Source: Macrostomum lignano
Taxonomy: Eukaryota
Assembly (NCBI GenBank): GCA_002269645.1
Contig: NIVC01000479.1
Coordinates: 1 to 64,000 of the forward strand
Direction: 5' to 3'
DNA: 64,000 nt
The translations under genes and the position numbers were made by a program. Under the pieces are notes generated by a model. That model searched no databases. It was not told the origin of the DNA and saw only the letters and a program-made list of their open reading frames with translations. The first letter of the stretch is position 1, and each line of letters opens with the position of its first letter. This document shows positions 24,273-34,446 of this stretch, one piece after another.

Positions 24273-25015
24273 AGCCCTGACTACAGCTTGACCCACTCAG
24301 CCCTCTGCAGCTTGACCCACTCAGCCCTGACTACAGCTTGACCCACTCAGCCCTGACTGCAGCTTGACCCACCCAGCCCTGACTACAGCTTGACCCACTC
24401 AGCCCTGACTACAGCTTGACCCACTCAGCCCTCTGCAGCTTGACCCACTCAGCCCTGACTACAGCTTGACCCACTCAGCCCTGACTGCAGCTTGACCCAC
24501 CCAGCCCTGACTACAGCTTGACCCACCCAGCCCTGACTGCAGCTTGACCCACTCAGCCCTGACTACAGCTTGACCCACTCAGCCCTGACTACAGCTTGAC
24601 CCACTCAGCCCTGACTGCAGCTTGACCCACCCAGCCCTGACTGCAGCTTGACCCACTCAGCCCTGACTGCAGCTTGACCCACCCAGCCCTGACTACAGCT
24701 TGACCCACCCAGCCCTGACTGCAGCTTGACCCACTCAGCCCTGACTACAGCTTGACCCACTCAGCCCTGACTGCAGCTTGACCCACTCAGCTCCTGACTG
24801 CAGCTTGACCCACTCAGCTCCTGACTGCAGCTTGACCCACTCAGCTCCTGACCAGCTTGACCCACTCAGCTCCTGACTGCAGCTTGACCCACTCAGCTCC
24901 TGACTACAGCTTGACCCACTCAGCTCCTGACCAGCTTGACCCACTTAGCTCCAGACCAGCTCGATCAACTTAGCCACTGACCAGCTTGACCCAATAAGCC
25001 CTGATCAGCTTCACC
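24273..25015. repeat. 26/27-bp minisatellite (CAGCCCTGACTACAGCTTGACCCACT)
   Basis: Unit read directly; the 27-bp variant dominates at the right end. Confidence 0.95.
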
Positions 25016-25720
25016 AATTCCGGGCTGCTCTCGATTTCCGGGTCGACCGGAGCATCGGTGAACTGCAGCAGGCGGCAGGCGGCCAGCCGGCTGTTGTACA
25101 GAGCACTGCGGCACCTGCTGCCGCACAGGGAGGCTCTGATCAGGCAGGCTTTCAGCGAGGCCACCGGCTGCAGCTCCTCGTGGCAGTAGTACGTGTCGTT
25201 GCGGGTTCTCTTTAGAACTCGTTGGAGTCCATCCAGTAGCCGGCCGATATGGTGGCGGCAGGCGGCTCCACGAGCTGACATACGAAGCCGATCAAATGGC
25301 TACAAACTCTGTCGCCGAGGCGGACGCCCTGATTATACATGTGTATTTACAGAACGAACGCAGTGCTGCTCATAGCAGTCGTTTGGCTCATAACAGCACC
25401 AAACCGAGTCATTTCTATAGGAAACTCGCCGCTGCCATTGACTCTCTGCCAGCCGAGTCCAGTCCACATGTCAACCGTGATATTGTTAACCAGATTCGAG
25501 GCAAGCATGCAGGGAAACGATGGACTCAATTGAGCTGATTATAGTTCTCCGCCCAGCCCAGCGCACCTTCGGTTGGCGGAGCACCAGCTGTAGCTGTGGC
25601 TGGACTCGATGAACAGGCACAGCTGGGTGGCTGAGTGCAGATGGAACGTAGCTGGGCAGTTCTGGTCAGGCAAGATAACTGCTGACCAGATCACAGAGAC
25701 CGCAGAGTGAGATGCATGGG
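25010..25720 (-). pseudogene. C-type lectin domain + PAN/apple domain gene with multiple frameshifts
   Basis: Across shifting frames: CPATFHLHSATQLCLFIESSHSYSWCSANRRCAGLGGEL, MWTGL, WCCYEPNDCYEQHCV, LGDRVCSHLIGFVCQ (CTLD); then VASLKACLIRASLCGSRCRSALYNSRLAACRL (PAN-like cysteine spacing). Confidence 0.65.
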
Positions 25721-25933
25721 TAATGCTCGTGGGCTCTCGTAGGATGCAACACTTTTTTAGCTAAGAAGGTCGAAACTTGCGAGAGCGGCTGAGGCCCACC
25801 TTTCAGGAGCGCAGTCCGTCAATTTTTTTCCGGAGAAGAGGTACATACTGGTATAGGTTTCGTTGCTATTGGTTACAAGCTGCATGTACAGAGCTGTTAT
25901 GGGAATGCAGTTCCTGAACTATACGACAGACTT

Positions 25934-26277
25934 GGGTGGTCTCACAAACGCAAAATTTCACAACCGCTAAAAGCATGCACTTGCTTTCATAACCGCGAAA
26001 CTTCACAAACGCGAATTTTTTTTGCAGTCACTTTCATAAACGCCAAACTTCACGACCGCTAAATCACCTACTTTATTAAGCGCTAAATTTCATAAACGCG
26101 AAACTTCACAACCGCTAAAATTTTTGCACTTACTTTCATACATTTTTTAGCGGTTGTGAAGTTTCGCGGTTGTGAAAGTAGGTGATTTTGCGGTTGAGAA
26201 GTTTCGCGGTTATGAAGTTTCGCGTTTATGAAAGGTGATTTAGCGGTTGTGAAATTTCACGTTTGTGAAAGCAACCC
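25934..26277. mobile_element. Foldback-type MITE with internally repetitive TIRs and a perfect 8-bp TSD
   Basis: ACAGACTT at 25926-25933 and 26278-26285; ends GGGTGGTCTCACAAACG / rc GGGTTGCTTTCACAAACG. Confidence 0.8.
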
Positions 26278-26960
26278 ACAGACTTCCTAGCCCATAGCGG
26301 GGCTCCATGAGAGAATGATGCGTTCGCAAAGCGATAGGGGCAGGTGGGCTGGGAGAAATTAACCAGAGTCTATGGGCTATATGGTCTATGCACAGGCCCC
26401 AGTACGATCGCCACAGCCGTTTTCCTCAGAAAGTGAAAAAAATTCTCTCTCCCCTCTTCTCATGTGATCTATTGGACAGTTGCCATAGCAACGACTTGCC
26501 CAGTCGATTCTCCCTATAATAGATAAAGAACTAACTCCCTTATACCCAACAATGTATGGTAATGCGCACTCAAAATTGGTATAGACCATCTATGAGACCA
26601 ACTAAATTCTAAGCGTCATCAGATAAAGCATCAGATAAAGCTAGTGCTAGCAATTTAAGAGGCTTTCAAAGTCTTCTACGGATGTTTAAGATGATTGATT
26701 GGTTGATTGCATGTGCGCAAGCTGCTGATGTACATGTACAGTGCTCGCTGTACAATACGAGCGTATCACAATACCGAGTGCCTTAGCAATCAAATGTCGG
26801 TCTACGCCTTAAGCCACTTTCTCGTCTTGGCCTATCTTGCACAATACAATCGTTATGAATCTACAGTACTGCTTATTGGACAGTCTTACAGTGTACATGT
26901 GTTTTGCCTTAGGTTTTGGTTGTTTCTGTCACTTTGTACTCGTATGTCTATGGCCAAAAT

Positions 26961-27140
26961 GGGGTCGCTTCACAAGCTCGAAATTTCACAACCTCGAAAA
27001 GCACTTCCTTTCACAAACCCGAAACTTCATAAGCTCGAAATTTCACAACCTCGAAAATTTTAGCAGGCGACTTCATAAGCTTTTTTCGAGGTTTTGAAAT
27101 TTCGAGCTTGTGAAGTTTCGGGTTTGTGAAAGTGGGCTGC
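26961..27140. mobile_element. Related foldback MITE remnant (TTCACAAnnnCGAAA subunits in inverted arms)
   Basis: Left arm TTCACAAGCTCGAAATTTCACAACCTCGAAA, inverted arm TTCGAGGTTTTGAAATTTCGAGCTTGTGAA; no TSD seen. Confidence 0.6.
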
Positions 27141-27615
27141 TAAAATTCTTTTCGAGAGAGCTGACGACAGTACTTGGGCATTATACAGTTCTAATCACTT
27201 CAATAAGTATGTATTACATAAAAAGGTAAGTACGAGTGTAGGTCAAATCAATCAAATCAATATAAATATGCAATATTTTAATACGAATGCGGTGAATAAT
27301 ACATGGCAATTATAACAATTTAATTGGTCCGGTACGTATTGTATAATGTTACTGTCAGAAACGGATACATTCGAACAAATTTGAAACTGAAATACACGAC
27401 GTAATAACAATGTTTATCATCGGGAAGTGTAGTGAAACGATGTGTTAAAAAACTTTAAAAAAACTTGAAACGACTTTATCCACTTATCAATATATCTCTA
27501 TATATCTATCAATGATTGAAGGTTGAAGGTTGATTCTGGTAAAGTCAAATTCGAAATCAGCACAATCGGAGTGGAACTAATCAGACCAGTCAGACAACAC
27601 AGCGTCACAAAAAGG

Positions 27616-27927
27616 TCACTCCAACAACTGATGATGCACAGCATTCAGGCCGCGAAAGTACTTGACAGTTTTCACTTTCAATTCCGCAGTGGCATCGTCG
27701 TCCACAATGAAAAACGCTTGCGGATGATTTTGAAAGGCGGACACAGTCCACATGTGATTGATGCCGCACTCGATGGCCTTGTGCAGAGCGAACGCTTTAG
27801 CCATACCCGTCACCAGGATCATCACCGTGTCAGCGTCCATCACCGTGGCAACGCCAACTGTTAGAGCCTGAGTTGGCACTAACGATTTATCGTTGCCAAA
27901 GAAACGAGAATTGGCGTCGATGGTTTC
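27616..27927 (-). CDS. GNPDA: Glucosamine-6-phosphate deaminase, exon 2
   Basis: ETIDANSRFF..VPTQALTVGVATVMDA..KAFALHKAIECGINHMWTVSAFQNHP; acceptor TTCCAG|, phase 0. Confidence 0.95.
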   Translation of the reverse strand, partial: ETIDANSRFFGNDKSLVPTQALTVGVATVMDADTVMILVTGMAKAFALHKAIECGINHMWTVSAFQNHPQAFFIVDDDATAELKVKTVKYFRGLNAVHHQLLE

Positions 27928-28004
27928 CTGGAAATTGACCGATATGTAGCAATATAGAAACGATGCATAACCCATCAGTTCTATATTATCAAATACCTGT
28001 CCTA

Positions 28005-28305
28005 TTCTTAAAGCCACCTGTCCTATTCCTGTAGACACCTGGCTGTTCTATTCCTATAGTTACCTGTCCTACTCCTACAGACACATGCTGTACTCCAAAA
28101 GACACCTATCCTATACCTGCAGACACCTGTCCTATTCTTATAGACACCTGTCTTAATCCTACAGACACCTGTTCTATTCCTAGACACCTGTCCTATTCTT
28201 AGACACGTCTTAATCCTACAGACACCTGTCCTATTCCTACAGACACCTGTTCTATTCCTACAGACACCTGTCCAATTCTGGTCTTACATTACAGACACCT
28301 GTCAG
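28005..28305. repeat. 21-bp minisatellite (CTGTCCTATTCCTACAGACAC) in the GNPDA intron
   Basis: Unit read directly; reverse complement of the 29003-29495 array. Confidence 0.9.
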
Positions 28306-28385
28306 CAACTGATGGTAAAGAGTGTCACAGCTCAAGTAATCTTTAAAGCTGACATTGCATGCTGTGCCGGTAACAAGCCACTCAC

Positions 28386-28877
28386 CTGAGCCAGTGTTTT
28401 CACCCTAGTCCGAGAATTCAACGAACTGCCCGGCTCATTAAAAGCGATATGGCCGTCAGGCCCAATCCCGCCAATGAACAGTCGAATACCGCCAGCCTCT
28501 CTAATACTGCGCTCGAATGCTTGACATTCTGCATCTAAATCTGGTGCATTGCCGTCCAACAAATGAGCATTGCTCGGATCGATGTCAATATGCGAGAAGA
28601 AATTATGAAACATATAATAATGATACGATTCTTCGTGACTGCGTGGCAGATTAACGTACTCGTCCATGTTGAAAGTTTTCACGTATTTAAAGCTTAGCTC
28701 GCCGTCTTTGTAATACCGAATCAGCCGACGGTACATGCCTAGCGGTGTGCTGCCAGTCGGCAGGCCGAGAGTAAAGTACCTGTCAGGGCCGGGTGCAAAG
28801 TCCAATATCCGCTTCTTAACGTAGGCAGCAGCCCATTCCGCCACGTCATTAGCGGTGTCGCAAATTACTAGGCGCAT
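28386..28877 (-). CDS. GNPDA: Glucosamine-6-phosphate deaminase, exon 1
   Basis: MRLVI..FTLGLPTGSTPLGMY..TFNMDEYVNLP..GGIGPDGHIAFNEPGSSL (NagB/GNPDA motifs); donor CAG|GTGAGT; total 267 aa. Confidence 0.97.
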
Positions 28878-29002
28878 TCTGCAGGCCAAGCTGCAATAAA
28901 CATTTCCTGGCGTGAGAAGGGTTTCTTCTTTAATCGGATTGGCTTCTTTGGAATAAAATAGCCGGTTCTGCTATTTTTCGCCGGTTATGCGCATTGCTCG
29001 GA

Positions 29003-29495
29003 AGTGTCTGTAGGAATAGGACAGGTGTCTGTAGGAATAGAACAGGTGCCCTGTAAGAATAGGACAAGTGTCTGTAGGAATAGGACAGGTGTCTGTAGGA
29101 AAAGGACAGGTGTCTGTAGGAATAGAACGGGTGCCTGTAGGAATAGAACGGGTGTCTTTAGGAATAGGATAGGTGTCTGTAGGAATAGAACAGGTGTCTT
29201 TAGGAATAGGATAGGTGTCTGTAGGAATAGAACAGGTGTCTGTAGGAATAGAACAGGTGTCTGTAGGAATAGGACAGGTGTCTGTAGGAATAGGACAGGT
29301 GTCTGTAGGAATAGAACGGGTGTCTGTAGGAATAGAACAGGTGTCTTTAGGAATAGGATAGGTGTCTGTAGGAATAGGACAGGTGTCTGTAGGAATAGAA
29401 CGGGTGTCTGTAGGAATAGAACAGGTGTCTTTAGGAATAGGATAGGTGTCTGTAGGAATAGGACAGGTGTCTGTAGGAATAGGACAGGTGACTGT
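29003..29495. repeat. 21-bp minisatellite (GTGTCTGTAGGAATAGGACAG) upstream of GNPDA
   Basis: About 23 copies; inverted relative to the intronic array. Confidence 0.95.
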
Positions 29496-29905
29496 ATGAA
29501 TAGAGCACGTGTTAAGAGAAAGCCAGGTGCCTTTAGAACAGGGAAATTATTTCCAGAATGGGTATTAAGCAGCTTAATTATAATAGTAGGGTTTTTAATC
29601 GTTAAAATTCAATCAAAAACACAAAGGCAGTTTTTAGCGGCCTAACAGACTATTACAATAAGTAGCAAGGATGCGCACGTAAGTTTTATTAGCATGATGG
29701 AAAATGTTGACAAGAATTTTAACTAGATTATAAATTATAAATAATAAAATATTAATACAAAACAATTGGAAAGGAAACTTTTTATTGTAAATTGAGAAAC
29801 TAAGAGCAAAAACATGAATTTTATATTACTAATAGGCATACAATGTAGTAGTATTTCATGTCATTAAAGAATTTTAAGATGCAGAAGCAAAAAACGCACG
29901 AGATT

Positions 29906-30178
29906 TCACTGCAAAGCCTCCTGAATGAGAGTAATTGTGTCACCTTTGAGCAGGATTCTGCCAATACGCTTTCGTCCGCGACTTTTTAGGTGCACCTCCT
30001 CGGCGTCATCCATGACTATGTTCATGAACTCATCGAAGCCAAGAATTCTGCCTTCAATACGAACATTGACCTGTTCGTAGAGCCACACCTGCACTCGGGC
30101 TTGGCTTTGTAGGAATCTAAATATGAGAGAGATTGGCAGCACCTGGGTCTTCTGGACTCGCTGAGGTCGATAGGCCAT
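29906..30178 (-). CDS. SNRPE: Small nuclear ribonucleoprotein E (SmE), intronless, 90 aa
   Basis: [60 protein letters not shown] is the SmE sequence. Confidence 0.97.
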   Translation of the reverse strand: MAYRPQRVQKTQVLPISLIFRFLQSQARVQVWLYEQVNVRIEGRILGFDEFMNIVMDDAEEVHLKSRGRKRIGRILLKGDTITLIQEALQ

Positions 30179-30559
30179 TTGGCTGTTGCTGCAAGTGTGG
30201 GGGGGGCAGAGTAGACTCTTATCTCTTGGGGTAAAAGTGCAGATAGTGCAATAAATCTTTGTACTTTGTATCTATGTCAACAATCTATGGCGCATATCTT
30301 AGATAGCAATCCTAACTATGGAATGTAGGGTTTTTAAAGTTCAAATGGTTGGACAAAATCAAAATGTTTGGGATCGAGATGGGATTCCATTTTGCTGGTA
30401 TCTTAGGATTAGGATCAATATATCCCATTCTAACTTCAATTTTAGGATTGTGGCATCCTAAAAAACATTAGGTAGGATTTCATATATCCATTAAATTCAA
30501 TCGAAGGTTTATAAGATGTTTTAAAGATTGTTTAACCAAAAAACTAAGGTCAAATTCTT

Positions 30560-30964
30560 AAAGCAATGAATGGTGTACAACAAAAGCCAAGCAAAATTTT
30601 TAGCACATAGGGGCACACAGCAAAAGCGAATCAGAAAAATCTAGCTCACAATGGCTGAGCTGCACCCTAAAAAGTCATGCTTTTAGTCTATTGGGACACA
30701 AAGGGAATCATAATGTGGGAGCTGCTGCTAAAGAACAAGAACATTAATGCTACTTTCTACCATGAGCAACTTGAGTACCTACAGCAGAAACCAGCTAAGG
30801 TGCACCCTGAACATTGCCAGGTCATCTTGCTGCATGACAATGCACCTACACACAAGGTACAGCTGACCCATCAGAAGCTGCTCAAGCTGGACCAGGAGAT
30901 TCTTCCCTATCCATCATATAGCCCAGATCTTGCACTCACCAATTATATTACCTGTTTGCTGCTT
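30560..30964 (+). mobile_element. Decayed mariner (DD34D-type) transposase, left part
   Basis: LHPKKVMLLVYWD..ILLHDNAPTH..PYPSYSPDLA motifs; final catalytic D reads N. Confidence 0.85.
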
Positions 30965-32295
30965 TAGGGGGCGACCGGGATGGCCAAAGTCGGGCCCAGG
31001 TCGGGCCCGGGAATGAGGACTCGGGCCCGGGTCAGGCCTTGGGAATTCGGGACAAGATCTTTAGGACAGCTCAATAATTGGAAAAAAATCATCATAATAA
31101 ATCTTAATACTTTTAGCATATGCAGATTACTATTAAATAGATAATAAATATATAAATATATTAAATAAAATATAATATAAAATATATAATAAGTATTAAA
31201 TATATAATAAATATATAATAAATTATTATTATTTAATACATTAGTTAAGACTTAAGAATAGATAAGAGTTACATTATAAGACTTAATACTCAAATATCAA
31301 TATACTCAATAGTTCAAATTCAATGTCACTGTGGCACAAGTACTGTGTGTATGCCAGTGACAGTGACACTAACAGGCAGTGAGGTAGGCAAGCAGGGAGC
31401 AGGCACTGCAGCAGTGTGGCTGACAGTGGCAGTAAGCAAAAAGAAGAAAAGCTGAAGCATTAAGTGTAAGGCACTTGGCATTGGAAGCAGTAAGGAAGTA
31501 AGAACCAAATCAATTGATTCTTTTATTTGAATTTTTAGTTCCTTTACATAGCTTCAATATAAAGAGCCATGTACACTGTCAGTATTCAGTAAGACAACAA
31601 GACAAGACAACAGAACAGAACACAAGTGAAGTGACAACACAACACAACACTCAACAGAACAGGCAAACAGACAGACAATGGAAATACAAGTAATTTGCTG
31701 ATAACTGCCTACCTGGGATCTGCAATACCTAAGATCTGAGATCTACGATACAAATACGAACACAATTACAAACTCTGATAGATAGCAAACTTCTTGAAAA
31801 AATGGTAGCCTTGGCCCTTGGTAGGTACTTCTTGGAATTTAAATAGGAAATTTAAATTTTATTTACAAAAGCTTAAAATGACAAATCAACTTTTTAAATA
31901 AAGAATCATATTTTTGCTTTTAGGCTGCAGTGGGTAAAGTGGAATCAAAATTGCAAAAAAGTATTGCAAAACTATGTTTAAATTTTATCTTCCTGGAATA
32001 AATCCAATCTTCCTAGAAAGTGGAAACTGGCTGTGGCTGACGCTCACGCTAAAAGCCTACTACGAATCAATGATATTGCTACTTCACATCATATCATCTA
32101 TTACTGTTACTGTAGTCATGCAGTGCTTGAGTCTTGAGTTTATTCTTATTTGCATGCGGTTAGTGCCTTTAGGGAAAAAAGACTTGTCCCGATTTCCTGA
32201 CTTTTTTAGGGTTGAACCCAGGCCTAGGTCGGGCCACGATTTTGGTTAGGATTCCCGACTTTTCGGGCCCGGGCCCGGGACTGGGTCGCCCCCTA
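30965..32295. mobile_element. 1.33-kb non-autonomous TIR element (TAGGGGGCGACC ends, hAT-like) inserted into the mariner
   Basis: Perfect 12-bp TIR; subterminal CGGGCCCGGG repeats at both ends; removing it restores mariner AAFDHSMASKEF; only a 3-bp CTT duplication seen. Confidence 0.75.
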
Positions 32296-32470
32296 CTTTT
32301 GACCATTCTATGGCCAGCAAGGAGTTTAAAAATGAAGACAACCTAAAACGCACTTGACAAACTTTTTTAGGGCCAATGCAAAGATCTATAGCCAGGATAT
32401 TTACTCTTAGCACACACACTGGGAGAGGGTTATTGATCATGATGGTAACTACGTTTAGGATTGATAACCT
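32296..32470 (+). mobile_element. Decayed mariner transposase, C-terminal part
   Basis: FDHSMASKEFKNEDNLK..WERVIDHDGNYV matches the mariner C-terminus. Confidence 0.8.
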
Positions 32471-33295
32471 CACTGTAAAGAAAAAGTTTTACACTGAATA
32501 AACTTATAACAATTTTTTTAACATTTTTTTCCAACAATTAGAATATATATATATATTATGCAACATATAAAATATGCTTTTAGATACATTTTTCCAAGAC
32601 ATAATTGATGCATATCAATTAACAATAGGAATACTAATCTATTTTTCCACCTGTTGAATTACCAAAATTATGCTGCACTAGAGCTGGACACTATTGGCAC
32701 CTTCAATAGATGACACCAAGTGACTGTAGATATCCTGATATAAATTTTTCTAGTTTTGCTAATCAAGCCTCAATAGTAGGTCAGCCTTAACTGCTAGATA
32801 TCCTCTGCTAGTCTCTTAAGCATTCTGTTATCACCCAACATTGCAGGCTCCTTCAACAGATAACACCATGTGACTGTCAAGGCTTGATTAGCAAAAATAG
32901 AAAAAACACATTAGGGTATCTGTAGTAACTTGGTATCATCTGTTGAAAGTACCAATGGTGTCTAGGTAATGATTGAATACTTGAGAGACTAGCTGAGGAT
33001 TTTTGGCAGTTGAGTCTTGTTTATTATTGAAGCTTGATAAGAAAAATCCAATATATTTTTGCAATAGGATGTCTATAGTCACTTGGTATTATCTTTTGAA
33101 GGTATAGTGTTGGGGAGATGACAGAATGCTTAAGAGACTAGCTGAGGATACCTAGCAATTGAGGTTTGCCTACTGTTAAGGCTTGATTAGCAAAACTAGA
33201 GAAATTTGCATCAAGTGTCTATAGTCACCTTGTGCCACCTGTTGATGGTCCAAAAGGTCCTTCTAGATAAAGGCCAATGACCAACAAAGGTAGAC

Positions 33296-33534
33296 ATACA
33301 TGCGCAACCACTGGCCGACCTAGCCAATCTGGCCACGATAAATTGTAGTGGACCAGGGGTAAGTCGCAAAAATTCCCAGCCTAGAGAATACAGATGTAGT
33401 ACTAATTAGATGATGAGGCATTTAGATGTTATAAGACAGCCATAGTTACTCCTGCCGTTTATCCAAAATTGTGTTAGGTTTCTTTTACAAGTAAGTCGCA
33501 TGGCCAGTGTAAATCAGAAAGGTTGCGCATGTAT
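33296..33534. mobile_element. 239-bp MITE with a 14-bp perfect TIR and a 9-10-bp TSD (Mutator-like)
   Basis: ATACATGCGCAACC / GGTTGCGCATGTAT; AAAGGTAGA at 33286-33294 and 33535-33543. Confidence 0.7.
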
Positions 33535-34446
33535 AAAGGTAGAGCTAATAGTCAATACAGACACACATGGTTGCTGTGCTGATAAAGTTTGGAGGCTTGG
33601 CAAGGCTGCACTGAGGCACAGTGCTGATTGGTACATAGGGTTTTAATAAATACACTTGGGTTTATAGGGAAAATCTAACCTACTAACATGATTATCAAAT
33701 ATAGGCCTTATAGCAGTCCAAAGGGTTTATTTGATTCTTGACAATTGACAATTTGATTCTTGTTTGAGAAGGTGCATAACAAAAAGTTAGCCTAGGGCCT
33801 ATGTTCTTGAATTTTATGTACTTATGTAGCTCCATTCCATCATTCTAGCATAACAAAAAATTGTTAAAAGAGAATTTTCCCACTCTCTCTTAGTAGTTCT
33901 TTTGTTAAATAATTGTTTCCTGGTAAATTAGACAAATATTTCAAATTTAGAAATTTCAAATCCTAAATTTAGATCAATGTATTTTAGAACCAAGGGGCAG
34001 GGCTACGCACTAGGCCACTATAACATGACAGATATTCCAATAAACTAGCCCCTAGGCCTACAACAGCATACATTTTTTTGAATAGACCTATTAGCTCTTC
34101 AAAGACTATTAATATATACTATAGGCTTAAGAAATTTATACTAAGATAGGCCTATTAGATAGGCCTAGGCCTACCATATATCATATATTATATTAAGACA
34201 AAGTCTAAATAGGCCTAGGCCTAGTCAGTGACAATGCAGATGCAGTCACAGTGAGTAGGGAGGGGCCTACAGTATGCAGTGCAGCCAATCAACAATTGCA
34301 GCATCAATGCATCATAACTTGTTAGATTCGCTTTAAAGCAATCTAAAATTATTAGATTATTACTTCAATAAGTTCCATTAGATTAGGATTAGGGGCTAGA
34401 AAAATATCCATTATATTTTTCATAATATATTTAGATTTAGATAATA

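Noticed and set aside
28878-29906. SNRPE-GNPDA operon (same strand, about 1 kb apart)
   Set aside because: The interval has promoter-like GC/CCAAT sequence at 28900-29000 and a 500-bp array; cannot be decided without transcript data
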